This document shows positions 49,262-63,634 of a stretch of DNA of 64,000 nucleotides, one piece after another. The stretch is taken from assembly GCA_028534125.1 (NCBI GenBank), contig CM052816.1, forward strand, positions 39,310,001-39,374,000. Reading direction: 5' to 3'. The notes beneath the pieces were generated by a model, which was not told the DNA's origin, did not search any database, and saw only the letters and a program-made list of their open reading frames with translations. How positions within the stretch are numbered: position 1 is the first letter of the stretch; the number at the start of each line of letters is the position of its first letter. Both the position numbers and the translations under genes were made by a program. This stretch comes from Lama glama (taxonomy: Eukaryota).

Positions 49262-52185
49262 CTCTCAGTTTCATTGAGATGTGATTGACATATATCACTG
49301 TATAAATTTAAGGTGTACAGTATAATGATTTCATTTACATACATCGTGAAATGATTACCACAGTAAGTCTAATGAACATCCATTATCTCATGTGGATAAA
49401 AAATTCAAGAAATAGAAAAAAAATATTTTCTCTTGTGTTGAATTCTTAGGATTTACTCTCTTAACAACATGCATACACTACATAGAGCAGTGCTAATTAT
49501 ACTTACCGTGTTGGACATTACATCCTTATTACTTACATCTTACAAGCTTCTACTTCTTAACTACCTTCATCAAGTTCCCCCTCCTCCCACCTCTCGTCAC
49601 CACAAACCTGATCTCTTCTCTAATGAGTTCGTTTGCTTTTAAAGTTTAATTGACCTACAACACTATATTGTTTCTTGGTATACAACTTAGTGATTTGAAT
49701 TTGTATATTAAAAATAATCACCATTAACTCTAGTTACCTTATGTCACCATACAAAAATAATACATAATTATTAACTATATTCCCCACATTGCACATTTCA
49801 CACCTGTGACTCATTTTACAGTTGGAAGTTTGCACCTCTTAATCTTCTTCATCTGTTTCTCTACTCACTCTCTGCCCTCTGGCAACCACTTGTATGTTCT
49901 CTGTATCTATGATTCTGTTTCTGCTTTGTTATGTTTGTTGACTTGTTTTGATTTTTAGATTCTACGTATAAGTGAAACCATGTAGTTAGTATTTGTCTTT
50001 CTCTGACTAATTTCACTTAGCGTACTACTCTCTGGGTCCATCAGTGTTGTCACAAATGGCAAGATTTCATTCTGTTTTGTTGCTAAGTAATATTCTGTGT
50101 GTCTGTGTGTGTGTGTGTTCTTTATCCATTCATCTGTTGATGGACAGTTAGGTTATTTCCATATCTTGTCTATTATAAATAATGCTGCAGTGAACATAGG
50201 GGTGCATATATCTTTTTGAATTAGTTTTTTTCCTTCTTCTTCTTTGGATAAATATGCAGGAGTGGAATTTCTGGATTGTATGGTTGTTCTGTTTTTAATT
50301 TTCTGAGAAACCTTCATACTATTTTCCATAGTGGCTGCACCAATTTACATTCCTACCAGCAGTGCCTGAGGGTTCCCCTTTCTCCACAACCTGGCCAGCA
50401 CTGGTTATTTGTTTTTTTGATAATAGTGATTCTGACAGATGTGAGGTGATACCTCATTGTGGTTTTGATTTGCATTTCCTTGATGATAAGTGATGATGAA
50501 CATCTTTTCATGTGGCTGTTGGCCACATGTCTTCTTTGGAAAACTGTCTGTTTGGATCCTCTGACCATTTTTTAAATTAAGATATTTGCTTGATATTGAG
50601 TTGTGTGGGTTCTATGTACATTTTTAATATTAACTCCTGTTGGATGTATCATCTGCAAGTATCTTCTCCCATTCAGTATGTTGCCTTTTTGTTTTGTTGA
50701 CAGATTCCTTTGCTGTGAAAAAGCTTTTTAGTTTTATGTAGTCTCATTTGTCTATTTTTGCTTTCGTTTCCCTTGCTTGAGAGAATATATCCAATAAAAA
50801 TATTGCTCGGACTGATGTCAAAGAGTGTACTGCCTAAGTTTTCTTCTAGGAGTTTTACTGTTTCAGGTCTGATATTTAAGTCTTTAATCCATTTTAAGTT
50901 TATTTTTGTATGTGGTGTGAGAAAGTAGGCCAATTTGATTAGCTGCATAACTGTCCAGTTTTCCCAGCATCATTTATTGAAAAGGCTCCTTTTTTTCCCC
51001 CATTGTATATTCTTGCCTCCTTTGTCATAGATTGACACTGTAAATGTAGGTTCACTTCTCTCTCTGTTCTGTTCCATTGACCTATGCATCTGTTTTTGTG
51101 CCAGTACCACACTGTTTCAATTACTGTAGCTTTGTAGTATAGTTGGAAATCAGGAAATGTGATGCAACAGCTTGGTTTGTCTTTAAGATTGTTTTGGTGA
51201 TTTGGATTATTTTATGTTTTCCTACAATGTTTAGAATTGTTTATTCTAGATCTGTGAAAATGCCATTAGTATTTTTATAGGGATTGTATTGAATCTGTAG
51301 ATTGTCTTGGATTGTATGGTCATTTTAACAATATTCTTCCAATCTGTGAACATGATGTATCTTTCCATGCGTTGGTATTGTTTTCAATTTGTTTGCTCAG
51401 TGTCATAGTTTTCAGAGTACAGGTCTTTTACCTGTTAGTTAGATTTAATTCCCAGGTATTTGATTCTTTTTGATGCAATTGTAGGTGGGATTATTTTCTT
51501 AATTTCTCTTTCTGATAGTTTGTTGATAGTGTATAGAAACACAACAGGTTTCTGCATATTAATTTTGTATCCTGCAACTTTACTGAATTCGTTGATGAGT
51601 TCTGGTATTTTTTTTGGTGGCATCTTTACCATTTTCTATGGTTAGTATCATGTCATCTGCAAACAGTGACAGTTTTACTTCTTCCCTTCCAGTTTGTGAT
51701 TCCGTTGATTTTTCTTGTCTGATTGCTGTGTTGACTTTCAATACTATGTTGAATAAAAATATTAGGAGTGGGTATCTTTGTCTTGTTCCTGATCTTAGAG
51801 AAAATGCTTTCAGTTTTCATCACTGAGTATATGAGCTTAGCTGTGGGCTTCTCATATGTGGCTTTATTATGTTGAGATATATTCCCTCTATAGTAAGTTT
51901 GAGAGTTTTTATCATGAGTGGATGTTGAATTTTGGTCATATGCGTTGTCTGTCTATCACATGAGATGATCATGTGATTTTTATCATTACTTTTGTTAATG
52001 TGGTGTATCACATTGAATGTCTTGCAAATGTTGAACTGTCCTTGCATACTTGGAATAAATCTCACTTGATCATGGCGTGTTATCCTTTTTATATATTGTT
52101 GAATTTAATATTTGCTAATATTTTTGTTAATTTTTGCATTTATGTCCATCAGTGATATTGTGTGTAATTTTTTGTGACATCTTTG
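49262..52185 (-). mobile_element. L1, about 2.9 kb, 5'-truncated (RT region to 3' UTR; L1MA9-like), decayed
   Basis: Successive minus-strand ORFs give [56 protein letters not shown] and [25 protein letters not shown], with many frameshifts. Confidence 0.97.
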
Positions 52186-52199
52186 AAATGTTTTAGAGT

Positions 52200-52277
52200 T
52201 TATAAATATTGAATTACTGTGGTGAACACCTGAAAGTAATGTATATTGTGTGTCAAATTATGTTTCAATTTTAAAAG
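52200..52277 (+). mobile_element. Short L1 3'-terminal fragment
   Basis: aaatattgaattactgtggtgaacacctgaaagtaatgtatattgtgtgtcaaattatgtttcaattttaaaa resembles an L1 3' tip. Confidence 0.65.
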
Positions 52278-53070
52278 AGAATGATGAGCTTCATTTTAAT
52301 GGTAGGTGTTTAGTGTCCAAAAATACTCAATTGAAAAATAATACAAGAATGAAGACCGCTGCATTTTTTTCTATCTACAGAACTTTCTTGTAACCCTAGG
52401 CTAGCAATTTCATATATGGCTATAGCTAATTTGGAGACATTGGAAATATGTTAACTTTTAAACTAAATAAAGACTTAACTATTAATAGTTTGAAATGTGG
52501 GTAAGATAAAAGTAAACTGTCTTCTAATGTTCAGAATTTCATAATAAATAATAGTATTATTTCTCATATCACAAGGACATACCTCGTATTTAGGATTTTA
52601 TATGATCTAATGCAGTGTTAATGGATGCCAAGTTAATACAACTACCAAATTTTCAACACTTCCCTTTTTCCTATTAAACTGATAAACTAAGGACACGAAG
52701 TAGAGGAATAAAATGCTCAAAGTCAGCAAAAGCAATTATCATTATTGTGATTATCACCTTGAATTATGACTTAGGTAGTTCAATAAGGGGCTTATCAGAA
52801 CTGTGAATGTACCACTATTTCTAAGTATATTAAATTTTCTTGATAGTATATTTAGAAACAAATTTCCTATGAGGGATATCATACAAGTGACATTGAGTAA
52901 TGGAATAAAAATAGTGGCTTAGGTTAGTTTTATAATAATTGTAAAATATATTCTCTATCATTATTTCTTATAATCACTGTTGAAGCCATGTAGTCTATCC
53001 AAACACAATTTAACATTTCCTTCCAATTGGAAAAAAATTTTAAATTTATCCTATGCTTCTTGACTGACAG

Positions 53071-54585
53071 TTTTTTTTTTAATAGACTATTTTTCTAGAG
53101 CAGTTTCGTGTTCACAGCAAAAGTGGGTGAAAGGTACAGAGATTTCTCATATATGTCCTGTCCCATCACCTGCATAGCCACTCCTATAATCAGCATCTCC
53201 AATCAGGGTGCTGCATTTGTTACAATTAATGAACTTAACAATGACTCATCATTATCACTCAAAATTTGTAGTTTACTTTAGGGTTTGCTCTTTGCATACA
53301 TTCTGTGGGTTTGGATAAATGTGTAATGCATGTATACATCATTACAGTATTATACAGAGTAGTTTCACTGCCCTAAAAATCCTTTCTGCTCAGTCTACTC
53401 ATCCTTTTCTCTCCCCTAACCCTTAGCAACTACAGACCTTTTTACTGCCTTCATAGTTTTGTTTTACCTAGAAAGTCATATGTAGCCTTTTCAGATTGGT
53501 TACTTTTACTTAGTAATACCACGTAGTTTCCTTCTTGTAGTTTCATGCCTTGATAGCGCATTTCTTTTCAGTGTGGAATAATACTCCATTGCTGGATGTT
53601 CCAGTTTATTTATCCAGTCAACTACTGAAGGACATCTTGCTTATTTCCAAGTTTGGGCAATTGTGAATAAAACTGTTAACATTCATATGCAGGTTTCTGT
53701 GTGGACATAAGTTTTTAACTCCTTGGGTTAAATATCAAGGAGAGCAGTTGCTGAATTGTTTGGTAAGAGTACATTTAGTTTTGTCAGAAACTGCCCAACT
53801 ATCTTCCAAAGTGCTGTACTATTTTGTATTCCTATCAACAGTGAATTAGAATTCGTTTTCTTCCACATCCTTGCCAGCATTTGGTGTTGACAATGTCTTG
53901 AATTTTTGCCATTTTAATAGTTGGCATAGTGGTGTCTCTTTGTCATTTCCATTTGCCATACCCTAATGACATTTGATGTTGCTATTCTGTGTTTATTGGC
54001 CATCTATACATCTTCCTTAGTGAAGTAACTGTTAAGAACTTTTGTCCATTATTAAATAAGTTTTTTTTCATATCTGTTAAAATTTAAAAGTTCTGTGTAC
54101 ATTTTAGATAACTATCTTTTATCAGGTATGTTTTTTTCAGATATTTTCTTGGAGTCCGTGGCTTGTCTTCTCACTCTTGACAGTGTCTTTCACAGAGTAA
54201 GATTTTTAAATTTTAATGAAGTCCAGCTTATAAGTTATTTCTTTACTGGTTAGTGCCTTTGATATTGTATCTAAAAAGTCACTGTCAAACCCAAGACCAT
54301 CTAAATTTTTTCCTATGCTTTCCTCTGGGCATTTTATCATTTTGCATTTTATATTTAAGTTGATGATCTATTTTGAGTTAAATTTAGACATAGACCTTAC
54401 ATCCTTTAATAAAAATTTTTTTTAATGTAGACATTCAGTTGTCCCAGCACGATTTGTTGAAAAGACTATCTTTTCTCCATTGTATTGGATTTGCTCCTTT
54501 TTCAAAGATCAGTTGATTATATTTATGTGGGATTTTTTTTTCCTGGACACTCTACTATGTTCCGTTTATCTACTTGTTTATTCTT
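53071..54585 (-). mobile_element. L1 3' fragment (L1MB-like)
   Basis: Poly-T tail, then aatagactatttttctagagcagtttcgtgttcacagcaaaa; continues into antisense ORF2 (ttgtcccagcacgatttgttgaaaagact). Confidence 0.92.
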
Positions 54586-54749
54586 AGAATCTTCATGTGC
54601 TTCTCAATGTCAGTACGTTATATATGTTTAGTCATTATTGATTGAAACTTTTCTTCATTTCCTACATGCAATACCATAGGACATTCCATCTTTCTTCAAG
54701 CTTCCTGTTTCTCCAACTCTTTTCCTCCTGTGCCTTCTCTTTCATCCAG

Positions 54750-54875
54750 GTAGTATGGTTTGCAGAGATAGAAACTGGGTTGGGGTTCTTCTTCTGCTGG
54801 GTACTAACACTGTGACTTTAGAAAATTGTTTTAACCCTCAAAACCTGTCTTCCCTCATCTATAAAATAGTGAATA
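54750..54875 (+). mobile_element. MIR SINE
   Basis: actaacactgtgactttagaaaatt..tttaaccctc...cctcatctataaaatag. Confidence 0.7.
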
Positions 54876-55782
54876 AAAGAGGCCATCAGATGCACACTTG
54901 CAACTCCCATTAACCTTCCCTTACACATTTATCCAGGTCCTCTTTATTGATCTGCATCTCCTATCTGATCTTTGAAGAATAGCTTTCTATATTTCTAAGT
55001 CTGCTCTTCTACTAGATTTACTTTTGTTCCATCAATAATTGCATTTTTCTTCTACACATTTCTAATTACTTCAGGGTCCAATACTTACTCTTAGAATCAA
55101 GCCTATATATAGTGATTTCAAAACAAAGCAAATCAGTACAAACAAAAATCACACAAAATTATATTTTATCCCTGGTTGAACTTTGGATTATGTGAACTTT
55201 TTGTTTTCCTGATGAATGCAACTTCTGTGTAAATCAAACTAAGGCTCACTGGAACAGTTTGCTAAATAATTACTGAAGAAGGTAGATCTTGAACTGGAAC
55301 TTGAAAAAAGTGTTATGCTTGGAATAATGTGATGGATGCATAGGAGAACTCCATGCAGAGAAAGCCGGATAAACAAATAATAAACCTGACAGTTTATATG
55401 AAGAGAAAGTGATGTGTAACTGAGTCAACCCAGAAAGCTCATTAGAATTTAAAATGAAAATGCCTATCACAGTGCTGCGTACTACAGAAAAGAATATTAG
55501 TATTTTTGTGTGTGTGGTGTGCAATTGACTTAAGGGGTGATGAGGTTTTAATATGGTAGCTTATTTTATTGCAAGGTCAAATCATTAAAGACTTGGAAAT
55601 AAAATCACTTTAAAATTAATAAGTTTAAAATATGAAATAACTTCAATTTCATCCTCAAATTTTTGTTGAAATAAGCGAGTGATGGGCTAGTTCATAGTGT
55701 CACTTCTTTTTTGTGTGTCAGAAAACTAAGAAATGCATGGGTAGAATTAATGGAATTAATGTATCCAAGTTTTAAACAATGG

Positions 55783-56400
55783 ATCAGTTAGTATTACAGT
55801 TACAGATGATAAAATCTTAACTCACGTTACGTATTTAAAGGGGAATATTTGGGCTCATGAAACTAGAAAGTTCAAGGGAGTGAGTCTCATTTGTTGAAAG
55901 CATGATTGGATCTAAGATTTCAAATAATAGCATCATTTGAAATTGTGCAGCTATTTCATTCCATTGCTCTGCTCTGTCCTCCTTTGTTGTATTTTATGGT
56001 TATGTAGGTTTTTGTCATGAATGTGTGTATGATACAGTCTCCCAGAGTCTCATGCATATATTCTGCTAGCTAATGGTTGCATCACAAAGAGAATGCTTCT
56101 TTTGAATAATTTCAGCAAAAGTTCCAAGTTTCACCCTTATTGGGCTGATTTGGCTCCATCTCTTCAGTGACCTAATACTTTCAGTTAAGAATTTAGAAAA
56201 TAGTGATTGGGCAGGTCTGTCCTATGAACCCTGTACTTTATGGGAGTAGAACTGAAGGGTGGAGGGATGGTGTATGTCAACTCTGGCCCATCTCCACCTG
56301 TATGCAATGAGAATTAAGAGGAGCAATTACTTTTCAAAGGAAAACAAAACAAAACAAAAGATGTATTATCAGAAATAGAAATTAGTAAAACGAAACAGGC
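55783..56400 (-). mobile_element. Old MaLR LTR (MLT1K/L-like)
   Basis: atcagttag...aaaggggaatatttgggctcatgaaactagaaagttcaaggg...attgggctgatttgg...tgattgggcaggtctg. Confidence 0.65.
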
Positions 56401-59400
56401 TAAAACAAAAACAAAAAACGCAAAACATAACCCCAAACAAACAAAACCCTGAAATGGAGCACTTGGATTTCTGCCTAATGCAGAAATACCATTTACTCCT
56501 TCTCATTTATAAATGACTAAGGTTAAGATTTCTAACATGTATAGCAAGCACACTGGAATTGTTGAATTATTATATTTCATTGCTGATTGTACCTTGAGTT
56601 CTGCCAATTTAAACACACACACACGAGAAATGGTGAGAAAATTCATTTTTAAAAATGAGACTGAATGACCTTTCCATATGGGGAAACCAGTACCACTTGG
56701 CTGCCAAGTTGCAGTAGATATGTGCAAGTGGAGAGTGCGTGTGTTGATTTCATCCCCAAGAGAATGCTTAGCCCACTACGGTGACCTCGGATTGGTTTTA
56801 TAGCACGTCCCAGATGAAATTATTATCCCATCTTGCTTGTTTTCAGCTTATATTTTCTAGTGCCTTAAAATATATTTAGAAAATACCTTAAATAATATCC
56901 TACCTTTTCTTTTTTGGTATCATTATAGGAAATGGTCTTTTGAAAATTGTTCTTAAATAACTATTATAAACCTATAGCCATGATTATACCAAGAGAACTC
57001 CCTGCACATGTTCTGTTTCATTAATAACTTTGGAAAACCGATGATACCATGGTGTTCATTGGTGAATCAGAGAGAGTGATCATGTTTCCTGTTTAACGGA
57101 AGATAAAATTGTACACTAGAAACAAAATCCTCAACTAGGATGTTAAGTCACATTCCAGTTGGTTTAAAATATAATGATGTCTGCTGGGTGTAGTGAAATG
57201 CAGGTTTTTTATCCATCTCTGGCTCTTTCTCTCTATATCTCATACATTTTCTTAGCAACAACAATACTCTGTTCTACTTAACATACAATCTGTCTCCTTC
57301 TAAAAGAGATTGTGATTGATGACACACTAGCTGTCCTTCCTTCCCTCAAAACCCTGGCTAATGATACTGCTCTGAGTTTCAGAGTAGCTGTGATTTTGAT
57401 GTCTTATATCTTACCTCTTAAACTTCTGGTTTTGTTTGGTTCATAAAACAAAATTTGGGGGGAACTCTCCATGACTGTTTACTCTGCAAACTTCTCAGCA
57501 TCCCTCCAAGCCTCAATGCTGTTTTTCATAACATCCAGGTCTTAATGGGAAGCCTTTACTGTAGACATCCTTGCAGTAAGCCCCTCCTGCTTTTGCTTTA
57601 ATATATTGGCTCAGGACACCATCAGGAGGCAGCATGCATATTCCAAGTGACTTAACCTTATGTTTTTCATCACATTTCACTTCTTTGCGCCCTTGAATTG
57701 CCTTGTACAGATTCTAGCAGGATGTTGAAAGACAGAAATCAGCTTTGTTATATTGAAACATGCGTCCTAAAAAGTAACAATCCTCTACTTTAATTTAACT
57801 TACTTATTTCCCCTTTCTCTGAATTTTGCAGTCTGAGCTCACCAGGCCTTCCTGGTTGGGGTTTCTGAATGGGAGCTTAATGCTTAAAGTTGCAGCAACA
57901 AGCATGCTGAGCATTTAGTAAAACACATACTGTGGAATTAGAGGAAGCAGGTGCAATTCCTGTTGTCAAGATGGATGATCTTTAATGCTGCTCAAGACAG
58001 GAAGAGCCTAGCAATGTTTTCTCATGCCAGCATCTGCTAATATAAAATAAATTTTAGCCACTAGATGCTACCTATGGATAGATCTTCATGGGTAAGTGCC
58101 ATAGATTACTCAAGGCTTTTGATGACTCTAAAAACTAATGATAGTTAAGGACCTACCAAGTTTAAGGTACAAAAATACAGATGAGTAATATGTAGTTGAG
58201 GCATAATATTTTTCTTACACTAATTCTTCATATGTGGGGATAAAGAATGAGCCTCTAACCATTACAGTGCAATCCTATACATGTTTAATGTTATGCTTCC
58301 TATTGCTGCAAATAAATCTTCGCCAACTCCATAACAAAGTGTTGAATTAGAATAATTTTAAACCATTTCTCTCAAGTAACAGAATAGAGATTATTTTGCT
58401 CCAAAGAGGTGATTTGAGGGACAGAACCTACAGTGACTATTAAATCATGAATCTCTACATTTAACAGATGGCTGTTGGAGGAATTAGGCTTGAGAAATGA
58501 GCTTTCAGTCTAGAGGACTTGCTGCTTTAATGCCCCCAAAGGAGGCATGTCTTTGGAGAGCATGTATGGAGGAGGGAAGTTATCTTCAGAGTGTGACGTA
58601 ATCATGACAGGAATAAAATTCAAAGTGTGATTGTGAAAGCTGTATCTCTCCCTCTGAGTGGAGAAAGGCTTTCCAGGAGGAATGACCTGGTTTCTAACAA
58701 AAACATGCAGAACATTTGCCATTGCATTTTTGCATAACTTTGTATTAAATGTGTTATTTGCCTTGGCTATTAGAGACAGTCATATTAGGCACAGCCTTGA
58801 GATAATCTTTACCAGAAAACTAGACTTATTTTCCTATCATGGGTGTCTGAGAATTCAAGGATAAAGAAGAAAGTAGGAGTTGCTTTCTTTCAGGATTAAG
58901 TTCTCACCACACTAGGCTGATAGAGATGGCTCTGAGGGATTTTCTGTAATTAATCCAAGGACTATGCGTGTGTGTCTAATAATAATAAAATCAATGGATT
59001 GACTAGATAAGAGAATGCAAATGGCTAAAAACTGAAATAAAAAAGGAAAGATCTATTTTTCACAAACTAAATTAAACCTGAAATGGAAATAGTAAAATGA
59101 GAGAAAGTTTCTGTTGGAAACCTCTTACATCCTATTTTCATTTTAAATTCAAAGCATACTGCTTGGTCACTTACATAACTCTCCTCTAAACACTTTGTGA
59201 AGACCTAACTTGAAATGTCAAGACTTTGGTGTAAGGTATAAGCATTCTTTCGTATAGTACAGAGTAAAACTGCTGTGCAAATCATCTTCCTATGCTCCTC
59301 TCACCACATATTTCCCCGGCAGTGGAGCTGGAAAGTAACCTTAAAGCTCGTTGTATGTCATCTGCCAAGTAGTCATGTAAAGATAATTAGATGCTTACAT

Positions 59401-62400
59401 TCGTAAAACTACGTTGTATGCATGATATCAGATGAGATTATCATAAAACTGCCACTTGATTGTTTTTAACTGGGGTAAAGTGGGAGAGCAAGTAAAGGGG
59501 ACTGGGAAAGCATTTTAGAACAACTTGTGAAGGTCAAGGGCTGTCTTAGATGTGATGCTGAGTTCCCTACAGGGAGAAAAACAGCGAAGACTAACAAATC
59601 TAAAAGGAATAGGGCCAATTTAGATACTAATTTAAAAATTGTTCTTTTTTTTTGAAGCTATAAGTAAGCTTAATTCTTGATATTGGTGGGAGGGCACCCC
59701 ACTGCATGAATTCAGAATTCTTGCAGTTAAATTTTAAAAGTAATTGTTGCATTTTTAAAGAAAAAATAAGAATTTTTTTTGCAACTCGCCATAGAGAAGT
59801 CTTGGCTAAGAGCTATTACAATAATTAGAATGCATCACACAGTTTGAAACATTATTTAAGGTCTATTCTAGAATTGCCTTAAGACAAAAATCTCATGGAG
59901 CAAAATTTGGAAGCCCTGCAGATGGCAAACATATCTCATTGAGTCCAAAAAGGCAGTCAATCCAAAAATGGTGGCTCACTATACAAAAATACTAAGTTAG
60001 GCAGTTTTTTTTTTTTTTTTTTACTTAGAAGGTAAACTTGAAAATTTAGTTGAAAGTCCAGGGTTAATCCAAATATTTTTCTAAGAATTGGATGAAAATA
60101 TAAATACTAAGAATACTGCTGATTTATGTTTTTTGTATCCTTGTTAATAATAATGTCTTTGAATTCATATTAATTTTTGAAGTATTTGATGATAAAATAA
60201 TTAATGAAGACCTATCTGCAAAAATAAATTTGCATGTGTATGTGAGCAAAGTATTGACTGGGAAGAAAAATGCAAACTGGCAGAACACTTGGCTCACCTC
60301 AGGGTCACTGCACACCCTGAGTACTCCTGTTGGCCCCAGATATTTACCAAAACTTTCAAAGAGTTTCATTTTGCCTTTTTTTGAATTACCATGAGTAGTA
60401 GAATGCTAAATTAAATTTTGAAATTTTGTTTGAATACACAGTTTTTAAAAGTGTTTAATGAGATGTGCTTTTGTAAGCTCACTTTATTAAATAGGTATAT
60501 TCTGGCTTAGTTTGAGTAATTGTTGTTCAGACTTCTATGAACTCAAAAAATGCTTGTTTAAAAATTTTTCATGCTGGTGCTTTGACAAACTAAATTTTGA
60601 TGTGGTGAAAAAGGGCACACATAACCTTTTAATGGTAAAGGATGACCCGTGAAGTAACCCAATTATCATCGGTATTTTCAAGGCTGGACACACTCAAGGG
60701 TCTGCTATAATGCAAGACCGAATGTTTGTGAAAGTCTCATGACAGGATTGTTTTAGAGAAAATAATCTCTAAGGGCTCTATAAAAAAAGTCAAGACGGTA
60801 TGTGTATCCTATGAGAAATTTAAGTCACATGATGAAGATCACAGCATTCATGAATGATTTTTAAAAATTAAAGATTAATATCAGGCACCTGTTTCACAAA
60901 AAAAATCCCTCAAAATGTATACAGAACTGACAGGCCCAACAGCATTTCAGTCCTTGACAAAATGCACAACAACTTGATCTCTCAACATGAAGAAACACAA
61001 TTCAAAATGTCCACGAAAACATAGCATGGGAATACTGTATTAAAACTCCCTCTCTGACAGTGCTTTCTGGCCTTCCTCTCAACGTCTGCGCTGAGATAGT
61101 CCTTATGTGTAGGTAAGCATTTGAAGATTCACACATACAGATACATTTACCCTTTGTACGCATGTTATCTGTGAGCCTGTTTCTGAAAACCCCGCAACGC
61201 CGAGGAAAGGTGAGATACTGAGCCAAGCTGGTTTGTTTGTTGCTCTTCAATTCAGTACAGAGTTTCAGAAATTGAGAGGCTAATCATACTCTCATACAGA
61301 ACATAATAAACATTATGTTAACACAAATAGGGATGCATCTTAGGGTAGAATACAAAATCCCTTTGAATTTTTACAGTGAACCTCAGGCTTTGGAGGAAAC
61401 TTGAGTTTTTGAGAAGGTACTTGCAGTGATGAATTGAGACTCAGGAGACATGCTTATACTGTCTCTGCTGTGAAGAGTAATTTCCTCAGAAAGTCAGAGA
61501 AACATGTAGAGTACAAATATCTTAGTCTCTATTGGCTTTTTGATTGTGTTTTTCGTAGTGAGATTTCTGTGATGAGACTTATTTAAAAAGAAACTAGACC
61601 ATCATTTTGATAAGCTGTAAAAGGGAGAAATCAAGTAGATTTTCAGTTGAATTCAGTAAGTTTGAACTACAGCTTCCAGATTTAATAAAACTAGGTGGTC
61701 TTTTTGTTACTCCTGTAAAGAAACAAAATTTTATATGTGTGCTTTGTGTTTTGATCCTATTTTTGTTTCTTTACCTAACAGCTAAAGTTTTTAAAACTAT
61801 TGTTATTTCAAAACTTAGAATGGCAAAGTAACCTCTTTTTTAAGTGTTTATGAAATTTCTCTAATACTGAAATAAATATATATAAAATATGTACATAAAT
61901 AACACATACATACACGCATACATCTACATGTACATGTATATGCTGATTTTCTTCATTCTTTAAGCAATATTTTTTGAAAAGCAAACACTGGTAGGTTTTC
62001 TAGTAGTAGTAGACATTCTATAATTTCTCCAGCATTATATACTATTTATCTGTAACATGAAATATTATCAAATTAAGAGTTTTGTTTTCTGACATCTTAC
62101 AGGTAGAGAGAAGTTAGCTTTTTTCCCTATCACTCTGCACACATTGCTTCATATTTGTGAAGAATAATGTAAAGAAGGGTTTGTATTTGTAGATGTAGTG
62201 TAAACTGCCAAACAGTGTGAACTGTGAGAACTCCCATCACCTTTTATATCCCCACATAATACACAGTGCGTACTACAAATAGAGTGTTGAGGGGCTCAAG
62301 GCTCATTTTAAATGCTCAGTGCCTTCTGATTGAGTGGAAATTAGTCATTAATAGTTCGGTTGTCTTCTGACAACTGTTTTACAAAGCTAAGAATAAACAG

Positions 62401-63634
62401 AAATCCCAGTGGAAACGACTGTTTCAAAGGTTTGCAGAACATCTGTTTTTGGGCCATCGCTGATTATTAAAACCTTTTGTGTCTAGTTCTCCTGCTGTAT
62501 ATGCCATCTTACTGCGGAAAGTAGGCACCAGTGTGGCACAGCTGGAAACCCAGCACAACAGGATCCCAGGGCTCCAGACATTCTAAAATCTCCTGTGATT
62601 TTCTCACATGCTCATTTAGAAATGCTGCTTGAGAAACATGATTCATGATGAGGATGATGATGTCTGAGAATTATAAAACTTTGCTCCACAGCGTTTAAGC
62701 TGCAGTGATTGCATCTGATTGTGTAGGTAAGTCTGCTCATCAATTGGAGTTGGAAATGTATTAACTGTTCTATGACATGAGTCATTTTTATAAATTTTTT
62801 TCCCAGGACAATGCAGGCTATACTAAGATCTCAGATTGTATCATCTGTCTTAAAGTTTCTTAATGTATAGATCATCTTGGAGGTCCCTTTCAATTAAGGT
62901 ATTTTATGAGTTTTAATAAGAAATATTTTTTTCACTTTCTCTTATTTGAAAATCATGAATATTGAGCTTTTGTCTCATCAATACTTGTTTCCCTCTCTAG
63001 AATGAGATAGTATAGGCAGGCTCATTATTTATTTTAGGTTTCTCATATATTCATTTTAGGTCTTTCATATATTCAGGACCCATTATAAGTGTCTGAAATG
63101 GTATAAATGTCCAGGGAGTTAAAAAGTACTTGGGGCATTCCTGGAATCATTTAGCAGTCAGTGCATGGAATGAATATGTACAATGCAATGCTTATTGCTA
63201 TGTCTATTTAATTTTGGAAATAATTGTGTTAAAATAATGAGATTTGTCATTTTAAGTTCTTGAAAGTCATGATTTTTTTTTTCAGGAGGTGTGAGATGCA
63301 AACTATTAAAATTTATACCTCAGGAAAAAATCAGACCCAATTTTTTAACAACTAAGATTAAAAGAGATGCTAGGTCTGATCAGCCTGAGGCTATAAAAAA
63401 ATAGACACACCTCTGTCAACTAAAGCTAAGACATATACTAATTAAATGAACAACAAAGCCCATGGAGGAATGACCAAGAATTTTAAAGAAATCAGATACA
63501 GAAAGGAACAAAAGACATAAAGAAATGACTCCTGACCATTCAAACTTTGTGAGGGAAATAACACAAATGCCTGAGAACATCGAGCATCATACAGCGTGAC
63601 TGCCGCTGACAACAGCTTTGTCTGATACTCTTCA

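Noticed and set aside
60298..60369. Minus-strand ATG-to-donor segment (MKLFESFGKYLGPTGVLRVCSDPE) and an 8-bp hairpin CTCAGGGT/ACCCTGAG
   Set aside because: No promoter context or recognisable protein, and the stem is too short to exceed chance in 64 kb.
63031..63074. 22-bp imperfect tandem duplication (similar ones near 19974-20015 and 24454-24516)
   Set aside because: Two-copy slippage duplications without a repeat-spacer array; not CRISPR-like and common in genomes.
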